Origin: Paraspadella gotoi
Lineage: Eukaryota; Animalia; Chaetognatha
NCBI GenBank assembly: GCA_051294375.1
Contig: CM119269.1
Span: forward strand, 981,645-1,045,644
Reading direction: 5' to 3'
DNA: 64,000 nt
How positions within the stretch are numbered: position 1 is the stretch's first letter; each line of letters opens with the position of its first letter. Shown piece after piece: positions 26,441 through 64,000 of this stretch. Both the position numbers and the translations under genes were made by a program. Under the pieces are notes generated by a model. The model saw only the letters and a list, made by a program, of their open reading frames with translations, had not been told where the DNA came from and searched no databases.

Positions 26441-26749
26441 CAGTTTGAGTTTAGTTTTGACAAACGATTTATTTAAATTCAAAAAACAGACATGTTTTCG
26501 GCTTCATTCAAGCCTTCAATCAACAGCATTAGTGAACTTGGAAAATATTTTTTGTGTAAAGGAAAGAGAGAAAGAGAGATAAACACAAAAAATATTCCAA
26601 AGTTTCACTAAATTGCTGATGAAGGCTTGAAAAGAAGCCGAAACATGTCTGTTTTGAATAAATAAAATCGTTGCAAACTAAACTCAACTGTTCTCTAATC
26701 GTCCCAAAACAACGAAAAGAAAGGATTTATATCACAATGTTAATTTTAC
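26441..26749. mobile_element. Fold-back (MITE-like) insertion with ~110-bp inverted arms, flanked by an atgttaatt(tt)ac direct repeat
   Basis: Arms 26441-26557 and 26583-26690 are imperfect reverse complements; absent at the homologous site at 41-52; degraded at ~5955-6160. Confidence 0.55.
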
Positions 26750-27769
26750 TGCAACATAATAATGCTCTAAGTTATGATTAAAATATTTCGTTCATGACCT
26801 ACAAACTAAGTTAATCACTATTAGTTTAATAAAACAAGTTCATATAAAGGATCAATCGTTTCGTCGAGGGATAATTATTACTGCAGATGTTGTAATACAG
26901 ATATACATTCCGATCAACAGATAATTAAATGGGGGATGTCAATGACCAGAAAAAGGAATTCAATATCAATATCTTCCGATATGGAGGGAAACAAAGCTAA
27001 ACCAAAAAACTTATCTTTCTTTGTTAAAACATATTTACTTATTGAAAACTCTTTCTCTGCTTTCAGTTTCAAATTTCCTTGAAATTAAAAGGTCGAGCGA
27101 AAAAGGGGAGAGAGGGGGGGAATGTGGGGAGGAGGAAGGTGAAGAGGAGGAGGAGGAGGCAGGCAAGAGGAGAAGAGCGCCGGTTTATCACAAATCGTAG
27201 ATGAAGGAAAGGAAATGCGGAGTTTTTTTTTGTTTTGTTTTTTTTCAAAATCGAGGGGCATCCAGTCCTATCTTTCTAAATATCATGGATAGCGGAAACA
27301 AAGGGGATATTTAATTTCGAAATGCCATTTGCCAGAAAATCCAAGTAAAAAAATATAAAAATCAACTCCGGTATATAAAAAAAAACTCAGAGTTAGAAAC
27401 CGGAATAATTATTTAAAGAGGATAACAACAAAATATCTGACTGGGAGAAAAATAACGCGTCGGTGAACATTAAGTGCACTTCAGAGAGACGAATAAATGC
27501 GCACAAAGCGAAAATATATAATAAACGACGATGTTCTATCAAACTGATATAATCGACATCAAGATGGTCAAGGCAACTAGGAGACTAATAATACAAAAAA
27601 AAACAAAACACAGAAAAAAAACCACAAAACGACAAGAGACACGAACAGCAGACCAAAGACGTCCGACCCGAAACCAAATTCTTCTTATATTTTTTCTATT
27701 AGCTACGCATATAATTTTTTTGAGTTGCGTTCAATGGTTGAATCCGCGACGTCCGCCTCTTCGTTTCAG

Positions 27770-53642
<25,873 letters not shown>

Positions 53643-53686
53643 CTGGGAAAGAGAGAAATGCCGATTGAATGTGAGGTCGACGGAGC

Positions 53687-53755
<69 letters not shown>

Positions 53756-53942
53756 AGAATAAGAAGATCGAGAGAAGGAAGAAAAAACAAAGATATTTCT
53801 CAAGATCTTTCCTTTTCGTTGAATGTTTTGAGCAGAGATCATATTTGCTATTTTCCTATTTCCTACTTTTCGCTCTCCACGATTTTCCCCTCTATGTTCC
53901 GTGACCAATCTCTCTCTCTCTCTTCGTCTCTCTCTCTCTCTC

Positions 53943-53984
<42 letters not shown>

Positions 53985-54470
53985 CTCCTTTATCACTAAC
54001 TTTAGTCGCATTGCTTTTATTTCTTTGCAACGTTCATGCCCCCCCAGAGCACTTTGGCCAATTCCCCAACTGATCTCTCTCGTTTTCACTTATTTTTTTT
54101 CTTTCCTCATTCGTCGAGAATTTTATTTTTTAGTGGGGTTTTTTAAAAGCTTTTTGATTGTTATACTTTTTCGTTATGTATTTTTTGCTATAAGATTTTC
54201 CCCGTTTTTCTGAGGAAAAGTGAGACCTCGCCCTGTATATTTCTTCGCTCGCTCTCGGTGAAAGATCTTTTCACCGACCAACTTTAGTATTTGACCACTG
54301 GTCATTGGTCAATGACGAGTCTTTTTTAGTTTTTTTCGATAATTCACATCAGATAATAAAACTTTGAAATCTTCATCGCTACTTTTCATTCACGAAATTT
54401 CAATGAGATTCAACTAAATATTCAGACAAAATCTGTGTTAAGCTTGCAAGGAACGGACGACGCTGCAAAC

Positions 54471-54579
<109 letters not shown>

Positions 54580-54648
54580 CAACCCTGCCGAAAGTCGCGC
54601 GATCTTGGGAATTTTTCACAAACGCCGTCTGGTGAGGAAAAACGTTAC

Positions 54649-54702
54649 GTGGCGGAAATCAAAGTCGCTTCGCCGGTTATGAGCCTCGTAAAGTTCCGAG
54701 TT
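54649..54702 (-). CDS. Possible IgSF mini-exon ([17 protein letters not shown])
   Basis: Donor gtaacg in phase 2 would splice in frame to exon 53506-53642; acceptor weak. Confidence 0.3.
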
Positions 54703-55350
54703 CTTATTTGCATGTTGATGAGAGAAATGAATCAGCGCCGGTGCCGGGACGGGGCTGCGGCGCCGGTGCCGGGCCGGAGACGACGCCGGGCCGTGACTGC
54801 GGCGCCCNNNNNNNNNNCGGAGGCAAAAATCGTCAACCGACGACTCGTTCGTCGTGGCGAAACGATTCAAGTTTTCTCAGTTCGAAGGGAAAAGTTTCGG
54901 GTTCGATTCTTTCCTCGCGACTCACAACTCACGAAAAGACGATCAATTCGAAAAACGCGGAACATCTGCCGACAACAACAACAACAAAAAACGACAACCA
55001 TTAAAAATGACGACAACGACGACGATAACTGAGTAATTTTCCCGCGAAAAGTTTCTTCCCTTTCGTCAGAAGAAGGGAATCGCGGGGCGGCGGGGCGGCG
55101 GGGCGGCGATGGCGGGCGAGGGGATGAAAGGGAAGAGAAAAAAGCCTTTTACCCCCGGAGAGAAAACTCGCGTTGAAATGAGGAAGCGGGCTGGAGAGAG
55201 TTTATTGGGGTGTGGAAGGGGCTGGAGAGTTTAAAGGGGGTATGGAGGAGGGATGGTGAGGCGCGGCGAAGTTTTTAATATTTCTCTTCTAGATGATGTT
55301 CCAGTCGCTTCGCTTCCCTTTCTCGCCTTTAGAAAATTTCCTACTTTTTA

Positions 55351-55745
55351 TTTTTAGTTGCACCGCGAGTAGTCGCGGAGCAACTCTATAAGTCACTTTT
55401 CGGTCGGTCTGTTGGTCGGTAAGTCTGTCGGTCCGTAGGTTTGTCCTACTTACGTTAATACGTATATAATTTCCCTATAGTTGGTTGCTCTTTTGTTAAG
55501 ACAAAAAAAATTTAAATCTAAATCTAAATCTAAGCGACTGCAAGCGCCGCCTTCAGGAAATCCTAAAACTAAAATAGAATTTTTATTCAGGGCATGTCAT
55601 AAATACACCGGCTAAGAAAGTTATTGTAGTCATGTAGTCATGTTATGTCACGTCTGTTACGTCATGTCATGTTATGTAACGAGAAATACACGAAATAAGG
55701 CAGTCACTGCGGCGCAGCACATTTGAATTACCGTTCTTGTTTTTT
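55351..55745 (+). mobile_element. HINE/DINE-1-like element, copy 2
   Basis: tttttAGTTGCaccgcg...cgcggaGCAACTctataagtcacttttcggtcggtctg...gcgccgccttcaggaaatcctaaaact...gaattaccgttcttgttt. Confidence 0.6.
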
Positions 55746-56638
55746 TTACAAAAGAAATAAATGTTTCATGGTTTTTAATCGTCAGAGCGGAAATTCGTGC
55801 GTGAATACGTGTAAAGGGAACTAGGATGGCGCAGGGGGGAAAGAGGGAAAGAGAAACTCAGATAGAAAAAAAAACTTAAGATGGAATAAAAAAAATGAAG
55901 TACTTATTATTAATTATAATCGAGGAAAACATTACGACCTGAATTCTGTACAGACAACTGTGAACATGAGGTTTCGAAAACCTTTTGATAACTAAAATAT
56001 ATTTTTTTTTTATTTTATGAAATATAAAGAAATAAAGAAAAAGAGAGAAATTCAGTCAGACACAAATGGAAAGTCAAATTGAAAAAAAGCAAAAAAATAG
56101 ATAAGGAAAAATGGAACGAGAGAAAGAAAACGAAAAAAGAAAAGAAAAGAAAGGAAATTTCCCTCGGGATCAGAAGAAGAATACGAAATCAGTCTGTCCG
56201 TCTTCTTCTTAGCTTCGCCCGTCCGTCCGTCCGTCTATATGGATTCTCCAAAGCGTCGGTTTTATGGCGAAAATCCAGCGGAACTCTTTCCTCCCTTTCG
56301 ACCTTCATTTGTCTATTGATGGGTGACCATTACCGTCGCCGCCTCGGCCCACATTTGGTGGAACCGACTTTTTCGGTTTCCGGAAATCTCGGCCGATTTT
56401 CCGGAAACCACAATCGGAAAAAAAAATGGCCGAGATAATTGGTTACTGGGTTTTTATAAAAAAATAATGATTGTAACAGACATAATTTTACTTTAGTTTT
56501 CGCATAGCTTTAGCTTGTTTTTAGATTGTATAGTTAAAGTAAGTAAGCAGAGTTTTGGATTTCCTAGAAATCCTAAAAAGATTATCGTTTCGTTGAAATT
56601 CTCAGTGGAAACGGATCGAAGGAGATTGGAAACTGCAA

Positions 56639-56723
<85 letters not shown>

Positions 56724-56829
56724 CAACTTCCGCGTGCGCGCGTGCGTTAAACGCGTTTTTGCCGGAAGTGAATAAAGAATCTGGCGCGCGTCAGTGAGTT
56801 GAGGAATGCCGTGCGGGACGTGAAGCCGA

Positions 56830-56923
<94 letters not shown>

Positions 56924-57554
56924 AGAGAGAGAAAGAGAGAAGAGATGAGAAGAAAGAGAGAGAGAGAGAGAGAGGAGAAAAAGCACTTTGGGCTTTTGAA
57001 AAGTCAAAAGGTAAAAAGAGTTTAACGTCAGATCCAATAAAGGAAGCGAAAAGAGAAGAAGAAAGAAAGGAAAGAATAAAAAGATAAGGATAAGGAAAGA
57101 GAGAGAGAGACAGAGACAGAGAAAGAAGAATTTTAGGTTTGGAATCCCATTCAGTTCAAGTTATTATTACCCTCTAAGTCTAAAATAGCTTCGGTCTTCG
57201 TTTCTCGAAGTAATTAAGCTGTCAGAGATAGTGAACCATCTTCTTTATTCATTCATGAAGAAATCCTATTTACATTATTTTCTGTGTTGAAAATTGTTAA
57301 AAGATGGACCTCCATGGAATGCAATACATCAAATAAAACGTTGCAACGCTTTAGTCATAATAAATACATAATTCATTGATTTAAACTTGGTATTAGTTAT
57401 GGTGATTTTCACTTCTCTTATGGTGATTCCAAGTTCGCATCTTTTCTGAACGCAGAAGTCAGTAAAGGAAATTCAGTCTTCGTTTTATTCCTAAAAATCT
57501 TCGGAGACAAAAAGATTCTTCGATATCGAAAAGCGATTCTAACGTCGACGCTTC

Positions 57555-57672
<118 letters not shown>

Positions 57673-58339
57673 AATCGATTGATGTTAGATGAAGACGACA
57701 TTTTCCGTCGTCGCTTCGAGTCACGTGACCTGAAAGAAAAGGAGAAACTCCGTAACGGGTTAATAATTAATAATTAATAATTAATAATTAATAAATAATT
57801 GTTGCTCGCATCGATGACGGCGTCTCGGTAATTAATAACGACGATTTTATTAAAAACTTTGACATTTAACATTTAACATTAACATTAACATTGACATTTA
57901 ACACAATCGATGCTTTTTTGAATAATTCTTTCGTCGCCTGGAATATGATTAAGTTATGTCTGTTATTGTTAGATAGAAAATATACGCGATTGATAATTTA
58001 AATCACGTCAAGACACTCAAAAATTCAAATTAATCACTTGTAGTATTTTTTTTCCACCCGACTGATTTGGTGTACACCTCGCGTCACACACACAAAAAAA
58101 AGATTTTTAAAAAAATAAATATAATTAATGAAATCATTATAATCACTGAGACCAGCGGAGTACTATAATTTTTCACATTTCTGACATGCATAACTTTCGC
58201 CCAACAACCTTACTTTTATTTCCCCCTCTTTCGAATCGGATTCTCGTGGACTAGAGATAAAGATATCTGGGGGTTTTTCTCTCCTTCAGTACATGACTCA
58301 TCCGCGCTCGCGTTTCAGAGTGGCGTCATTCGAATCCAT

Positions 58340-58480
58340 GTCACGTGACCCCGTTTTTACGTGACCCCGTTTACACGTGACCTCGTCGTCACGTGATCTG
58401 AGAACGAAACAAGAATCCAATCCGACCAATGAGCGTCGTTTTCCCTTAAGAAACAAGAATCCAATCCGACCAATGAGCGG
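58340..58480. promoter_or_regulatory. E-box plus CCAAT cluster
   Basis: Three CACGTG plus one TACGTG, then a duplicated 29-mer with two CCAAT each (58417, 58426, 58461, 58470). Confidence 0.3.
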
Positions 58481-58625
58481 ATGGAATAAAAAAGCAAAAC
58501 CCAGAATATGAAGAAGAAAACTGAAGCAAAAGACAACCAAGTATTTGAAGCAGCTGCCGAAAAAAGAAGAAGAAAGGCTCTGGAGCTAATTTCATGACCA
58601 ATTGTGAGAATTTGTATCGACTCAC

Positions 58626-58665
58626 GTCCGTCACGTTGGCGTTTGCCACTTTTTCGACCCGGAAC
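58626..58665 (-). CDS. Possible upstream IgSF mini-exon (FRVEKVANANVTD)
   Basis: Good acceptor ctttcactcag and donor gtgagt; Ig D-strand-like peptide; neighbouring exons not established. Confidence 0.4.
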
Positions 58666-59859
58666 CTGAGTGAAAGTCTGAGTGAAAGTCTTCGTCGTAT
58701 CAACGTTTTCACATCTTTTATCACATACGTTTTCATTTCCTTTTTTCTTTTCATTTGTAAAGATTCCGCGCAATTTATGTGCAATTTTCACAAACCCGGA
58801 TGAAGGATATCGACCTGGAATCCCGACAAAACCACTTTCAATGTTTTAACATATTTTTACAAATGTGTCAGTGAATTTTTGACGTTATTGTTGAGCCAGG
58901 AAATTTTATTTGTCACGGTTCTATAATCTTGAGGTTCATTAGCCGTTTTTTTTTTTGCACTGACATTTTTTTGTTTTTCTGTTCGCCAACCAACTTTCAA
59001 AATGCTTTTGCCACGCCCTCACTTATTTTGTCACGTTGCGTTGCAGTCGCTCGCGGATGTACACGCGCGAGAATTCTGGCTTCTCTCTCAGTTCAACCCT
59101 TTCTATCCGAACCCCTTTCCTTTTTCCCTCTCTCTCTCTCTTCTCTCACCTCGTCTCTCTCTCTCTCTCTCTCTCGTCTCTCTTCTCTCTCTCTTCTTCT
59201 CTCTCTCTCTCTCATCTCTATCTCTCTCATCTCTCTCTCTCTCTTCTTCTCTCTCTCCTTCCCTTCCCCTTCCTCTACTTCCCCCCTCGTCCCTTTCGCA
59301 TTTTTTTGATTTATGCTTTCCTATTGTGTTTTACTGGTGGTCATGTTTTCCCTACAGACCCGAAGTTATGAGACTTTTGGTCTTTGAGAAAGCAAACTTT
59401 TGAGAGCCGCGATACCAATCCGGCGTTTGGGAAAGAAAAAAAAAACTGTTTTCGGATCCTTTCATCGCTGTTTTTTTTTTTCCTTTTTATTTATTTTCTT
59501 TCTTTTCCTTTTTTTTCGGTTTTCCTGTGAGAAGTCGCCGAGAAAAGAAGCGAAGTGGGCCGGTAAAATTTAATGATTAGTATCGTAGAAACAAAATGAC
59601 CGCTAAATCTTGTCTCTCTCTCTCTCTCTCTCTCTCTCCTCTCGCATCTGGCTTCGTCCTCGCTCTCTCTCTCTCTCTTGCCTCTCTCTCTTTCTCTCTC
59701 TCTGCTCTCATCTTCTCTCTCTCTCTCTCTTCGTTTTTTTTATTTCCCCTTCTTTCCTTTTTCTGATGTCTGTTCGTTGCTGAACCGTTTCTTTCTGTTC
59801 TTTCTTTCGTGTTCTTTCTTGTCTTGGTCTTGTCTTCTGCTGGCTTCTTTCAATCTGCG

Positions 59860-59899
<40 letters not shown>

Positions 59900-61813
59900 A
59901 TCTCTCCTCTCTCATTCTCTCTCTCTCTCTCCTCTCTCAGCCAACAGGCCCCTCTTGCTCTGAACGTTGCCAATCGGCCAGTTCTGGACGTTGAATGCGG
60001 CGAAGAAGACAGTAGAAACTAACAAATTTTTTAACTACATTGAATGATGATATTGTTTATTGCCAAGGGATTCTTGTAGAAAAAAGGGACACAGTCCTGC
60101 CTAATATTGTGTACTATAAGATTCTGTGTTTTTAGTATTGGCCCTTCAGCATTATTAGACAAAAGGACCCATTAGCTACTACTCGATACCTGTCTCAGGT
60201 CAAGTTAAATCATTTCTATTTCTATGTTCTATTTCTATTTCTCTCTCTCTTCTCTCTCTTCTCTCGTCTTCGTCCATCCTCTCTCGTCATTCTCTCATCA
60301 CTTCTCTCCTCTCCCCTTCTTCATCCTCGCAGTCTCTCTCTCCGTCTTTCTCTCCTCTCTCTCGTCGTCGTTCATTCATTTCTCCTCTCTCCTCGGTCTC
60401 GCTCGTCCTCTCGTGTCCTCTCTCGCTCTCTGCTTCTCTCTCCATCTTCTCGTCTCTCTCTTCTCTCCTTCACCATAAGTGAACGGTCAAGTTCGGTTGC
60501 AATTCTCGAGACGATTTACTTTCCAAAAAAAAATATCGGCCTTTCGTTTTTTTAAACAAATTTTCTTTTTTCCTCTCATAGGCGGTCGCCCTTCGTCCTC
60601 CCACCCGTGATTCAGTAGCGATAGTTTAAATACAAAAAAAAAAATAGACATCCCACACCGATGAATCCGAAGCAAATTTTTCCGCCTTTCGCAAAATGTT
60701 CTCTCTCTCTCTCCAGTCCTCCTCTCTCTCCGAGCTCACTCCTTCTCCTACTCCTCTCGTCCATCCCTCGGCACTCTCTCCTCAACCTTCTCTTCTCCTC
60801 CTATCTCTCTCATCCTCTCTCAGGTCCGCGTCCTTCGTCGCCTCTCCCTCTTTCTTTCTCCCCCTCCCCCTTCCTTCCGCTTCATATTTTTCGGTGCTAG
60901 TAAACTAACTCTGTAACTTGTCAATTACAATAATTCGTTAGTTGACGGGTCAATAAAATTCTTTTTCTGGTAAACCTTGGAGCGGTGATTCGAACACGTA
61001 AACACTCATAAAAAAGGGAAAAAAACAACTTTTCCCAGCGAGAGAGAGAAAAAAGGTAGTGAGAAACTAATAAAGATAAAATTTGCTCTGTTGTGCGGAG
61101 AGAGGGAGAGGATTAGAGAAGCGGATGAGCGAGAGCAGAGAGAGAGAGAAGAAGAGGAGAGAGGAGAGAAGAAGAGAGAGGAGATAAGGAAAGAGAAAGA
61201 GAGAGAGAATAGGGTCGAACTTCGGTCGACTTCATGGGACACTTACTGAGGAAATATGTTATGTGAAGCTACAAAAGAAAAAAATCCAGTAGAGAGAGAG
61301 AGAGAAGAGAGAGAGAGACGAGAGAGAAAGAGAGAGAGAGAGAGACNNNNNNNNNNNNNNNNNNNNNNNNNNNNNNNNNNNNNNNNNNNNNNNNNNNNNN
61401 NNNNNNNNNNNNNNNNNNNNNNNNNNNNNNNNNNNNNNNNNNNNNNTTGTTTGTTTTTATTTCTATTGTTATGCCTCGTTTTCGTTCTTCGATTCGGAAA
61501 AATTTTCAAAAGGAACAAAAGAACAAAAAAAACAAAAGGAAATCGGGGATGCGGTTTTGCTCTTTTGGGAAGTTTAACGATAACGCTCTCACCCTGGGTG
61601 CTAGACATCAAGTTCATTCCCGGAAAATAATTTAAAGCCCAATAATTATAAGGATTTTCTGTTTGTTTACTTTTTGGCGGTTTCGCTCTTTCGCGGAGAA
61701 AAACAACTCGTAAAAATTGCGCAATATAAATCTGATCGATCCAATTTCTTTAATAATGTTTACTCCCACTCTTTCTTTCTGTCTCCCTTCCTCTCTCTCG
61801 CTCTTTAATAGAG

Positions 61814-61892
<79 letters not shown>

Positions 61893-62354
61893 TGAGAGGA
61901 TAACACAAGAAATTGGCAAGAGTTGCTGTCAACCCCTTAAAAGGAGGAAAACCTCAAAACAAAACGAGAAGGGGGAAGAAATCTCGCAACACTTTCTTCC
62001 CTTCAATAACAGAAATCAAACTCCTAAGTCACAGATTTTTATCAATCTTAATATTTATTATTTGACTAAGATGTTCAATCTGTTTTTCTATTCGATTTAT
62101 TAGTTTTTGAATTCTTATTCAACATCACTAAACAAGATATTGTAAAAAAAAAAACTAACTATAGTTTCATATTCAAAGCAAAAAAACTTTAGAGTCTCAT
62201 CAAACGCAAAAAAGCCTTGCTCGAATTTTCTCTTGAGCAGGTAGCAAACATCTGCAGAAAGAGGACAAACACAAGCTGAAAAAAATAGGAAGAGAAAAGG
62301 AAGGTTTTGAAATCATGAATCAGCAAAAACTTGACGTTGTTTTGATATCGATGA

Positions 62355-62462
<108 letters not shown>

Positions 62463-62807
62463 TGCCGATAAAATACACGCGAAATAAACGGGACTTAAAA
62501 TGAAAAGAGTTGTTTTGCTTGTTGCTGCGATTAATTTTATTCATGAATCAAATTTCCCGGTTGGCTGAAACCCAAACTCCGCGTTTGGCGAAACTCATTT
62601 CGGACATCTCTTTCCAATCTCTCGTCGTCGTCGTCGTCGTCTGATTGCGGGAGATTGAAACTGTCGCTATTGGAATTTCGCCAAAAAAAAGAGAGAAAAA
62701 AAAAGCTACTTTATCATGGGATCGATTTTTTTATTAATTTCTTTTTAAATATTTGCTTTTTTATTATGAAATAGTGATATAGCTTTTAATATTTTGCAAC
62801 GAGATTT

Positions 62808-62808
62808 G

Positions 62809-62852
<44 letters not shown>

Positions 62853-62942
62853 GTCATCATAATTATCATCATCATCATCGTCATCATCGTCATCGTCATC
62901 ATCATCGTCATCATCATCATCGTCATCGTCATCATCGTCATG
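62808..62942 (+). repeat. (TCA/TCG)n trinucleotide microsatellite
   Basis: Directly visible; source of the poly-Asp ORF. Confidence 0.95.
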
Positions 62943-64000
62943 ACGATCAACGATGATGAATCTAAGAGTCGTGTCATTTCTCAGATTCTCAGATTCGCCT
63001 CGGAATGAAATATGAAAAAAAAAAAAAAAATATCCCCGCCTGGCTAACGAAAAGTGGATGTATCTCATTTGCATATTTGGGTAAACACGTTTTGATCTCG
63101 GCGCGAAGAGAAATCCGCCTATGGGGTCGCAAATGATTCCCAGCGAGATCGCGGAGGCAAATGCGGGCATGAGCAAGGACGAGAGTAAGAAGAGCATAAG
63201 AGAGACAGAGAAGAGACGAGTAGAGAGCAAGATCGAGAAGATGGACGAGTGGTGACGAAAGATGGAGCAGAGTAGAAATAGCAGGAAGAGAGAGAGGAAA
63301 GCGATGGAACTTGAAGATTAAATAGGAGGAGACGATGATGATGAAAAAATTCGTTCTACAAGCCGCGAATAACCCGCCTCCCCCTTTTTTTTTAATTCTC
63401 ATATTTGTTTTGGGTGGATTGCAGTACTTGATGGTTTTTGCGCGCGATTCACTCTGCACCTGACCCGCCGGACGTCGGGTATCCGTCGGTAGGCAGGGGT
63501 GGGCGGGTACGGTTTGGCATTAGAATTAGCGAGATAGAAGGAAAGGAAAAAGGTGAGCGAAGAATGAATCATTATTTAAATAGAGAATATGCATATGAAC
63601 GGGAGAAAGGCTAAGGAGGAGAAAATTAAGAATCGAGAAAGGAGGCAAAAATAATGAAAGGATCGGAAAATGAAAAAAAAAAAGAAAAGAAAAAAAAAAG
63701 AAAGAGAAAATAAATGGGAGAGAAAGGAGAAAAGAAAGGGAAAGGAAAAAGGAAAAAAGGAAAAAAGGAAAAAGGGAAAAGTGGAAAAAAGGAAAAGAGG
63801 GAAAAAGGAGAAAGCGGGAAAGAAAAAAGGAAAAAAAAAGGAAAAAGGAGAGAAAGCGGGAAAGAAAAAAAGGGAAAAGGAGAGAAAGCGGGATGTCGTG
63901 AGCGATCGACGCTCCTCCAAACGACGAAAAAAAATTAAACTGGACCCCGGGAACAAACAAAGGGGAAAAAAGCTTGGACGAGAAGAGCAAACAGGGAATC

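Noticed and set aside
57700-57729. Minus-strand micro-exon HVTRSDDGK (Ig-like)
   Set aside because: Good acceptor but poor donor, and no compatible neighbours identified
59941-60011. Plus-strand exon-like segment (QQAPLALNVANRPVLDVECGEED)
   Set aside because: The acceptor is just the end of a CT microsatellite; isolated, with no partner exons
63040-63197. Signal-peptide-like ORF (MLFLLSSLLMPAFASA...) as the first IgSF exon
   Set aside because: Start lies in CT-rich low-complexity sequence; no convincing donor or link to downstream exons

Overview
Eukaryotic (very likely metazoan) genomic scaffold rich in (GA)n/(CT)n and other simple repeats, with many N gaps. Three gaps are exactly 25 N (12013-12037, 24813-24837, 43106-43130) and flank indel-rich sequence that looks like poorly polished long reads. 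Almost all ORF-track entries are microsatellite noise. Manual splicing recovers two convergent genes. (1) A minus-strand, multi-exon immunoglobulin-superfamily single-pass membrane protein (V/I-type Ig, CD80-like C2, further Ig-like domains, TM, low-complexity tail ending ...WKFIQA). It runs from at least 53642 (perhaps 58665) down to about 27770, and its 3' exons are cleanest in a duplicate at 1005-4195. (2) A plus-strand gene resembling the voltage-gated calcium channel alpha-2/delta (VWA+Cache) family, visible only as frameshifted fragments at about 19100-26067, with its 3' end duplicated at 4383-5622. Positions 1-17100 largely repeat 24838-37560 in direct and inverted orientation, most likely as an assembly artefact. 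The best candidates for novel biology are small: a fold-back insertion present or absent between copies that shares a flank with a different hairpin at 51.3 kb, HINE/DINE-1-like elements, and an 11-bp-phased E-box array. I found no prokaryotic genes, CRISPR, rRNA or tRNA, and no convincing new multi-gene system.
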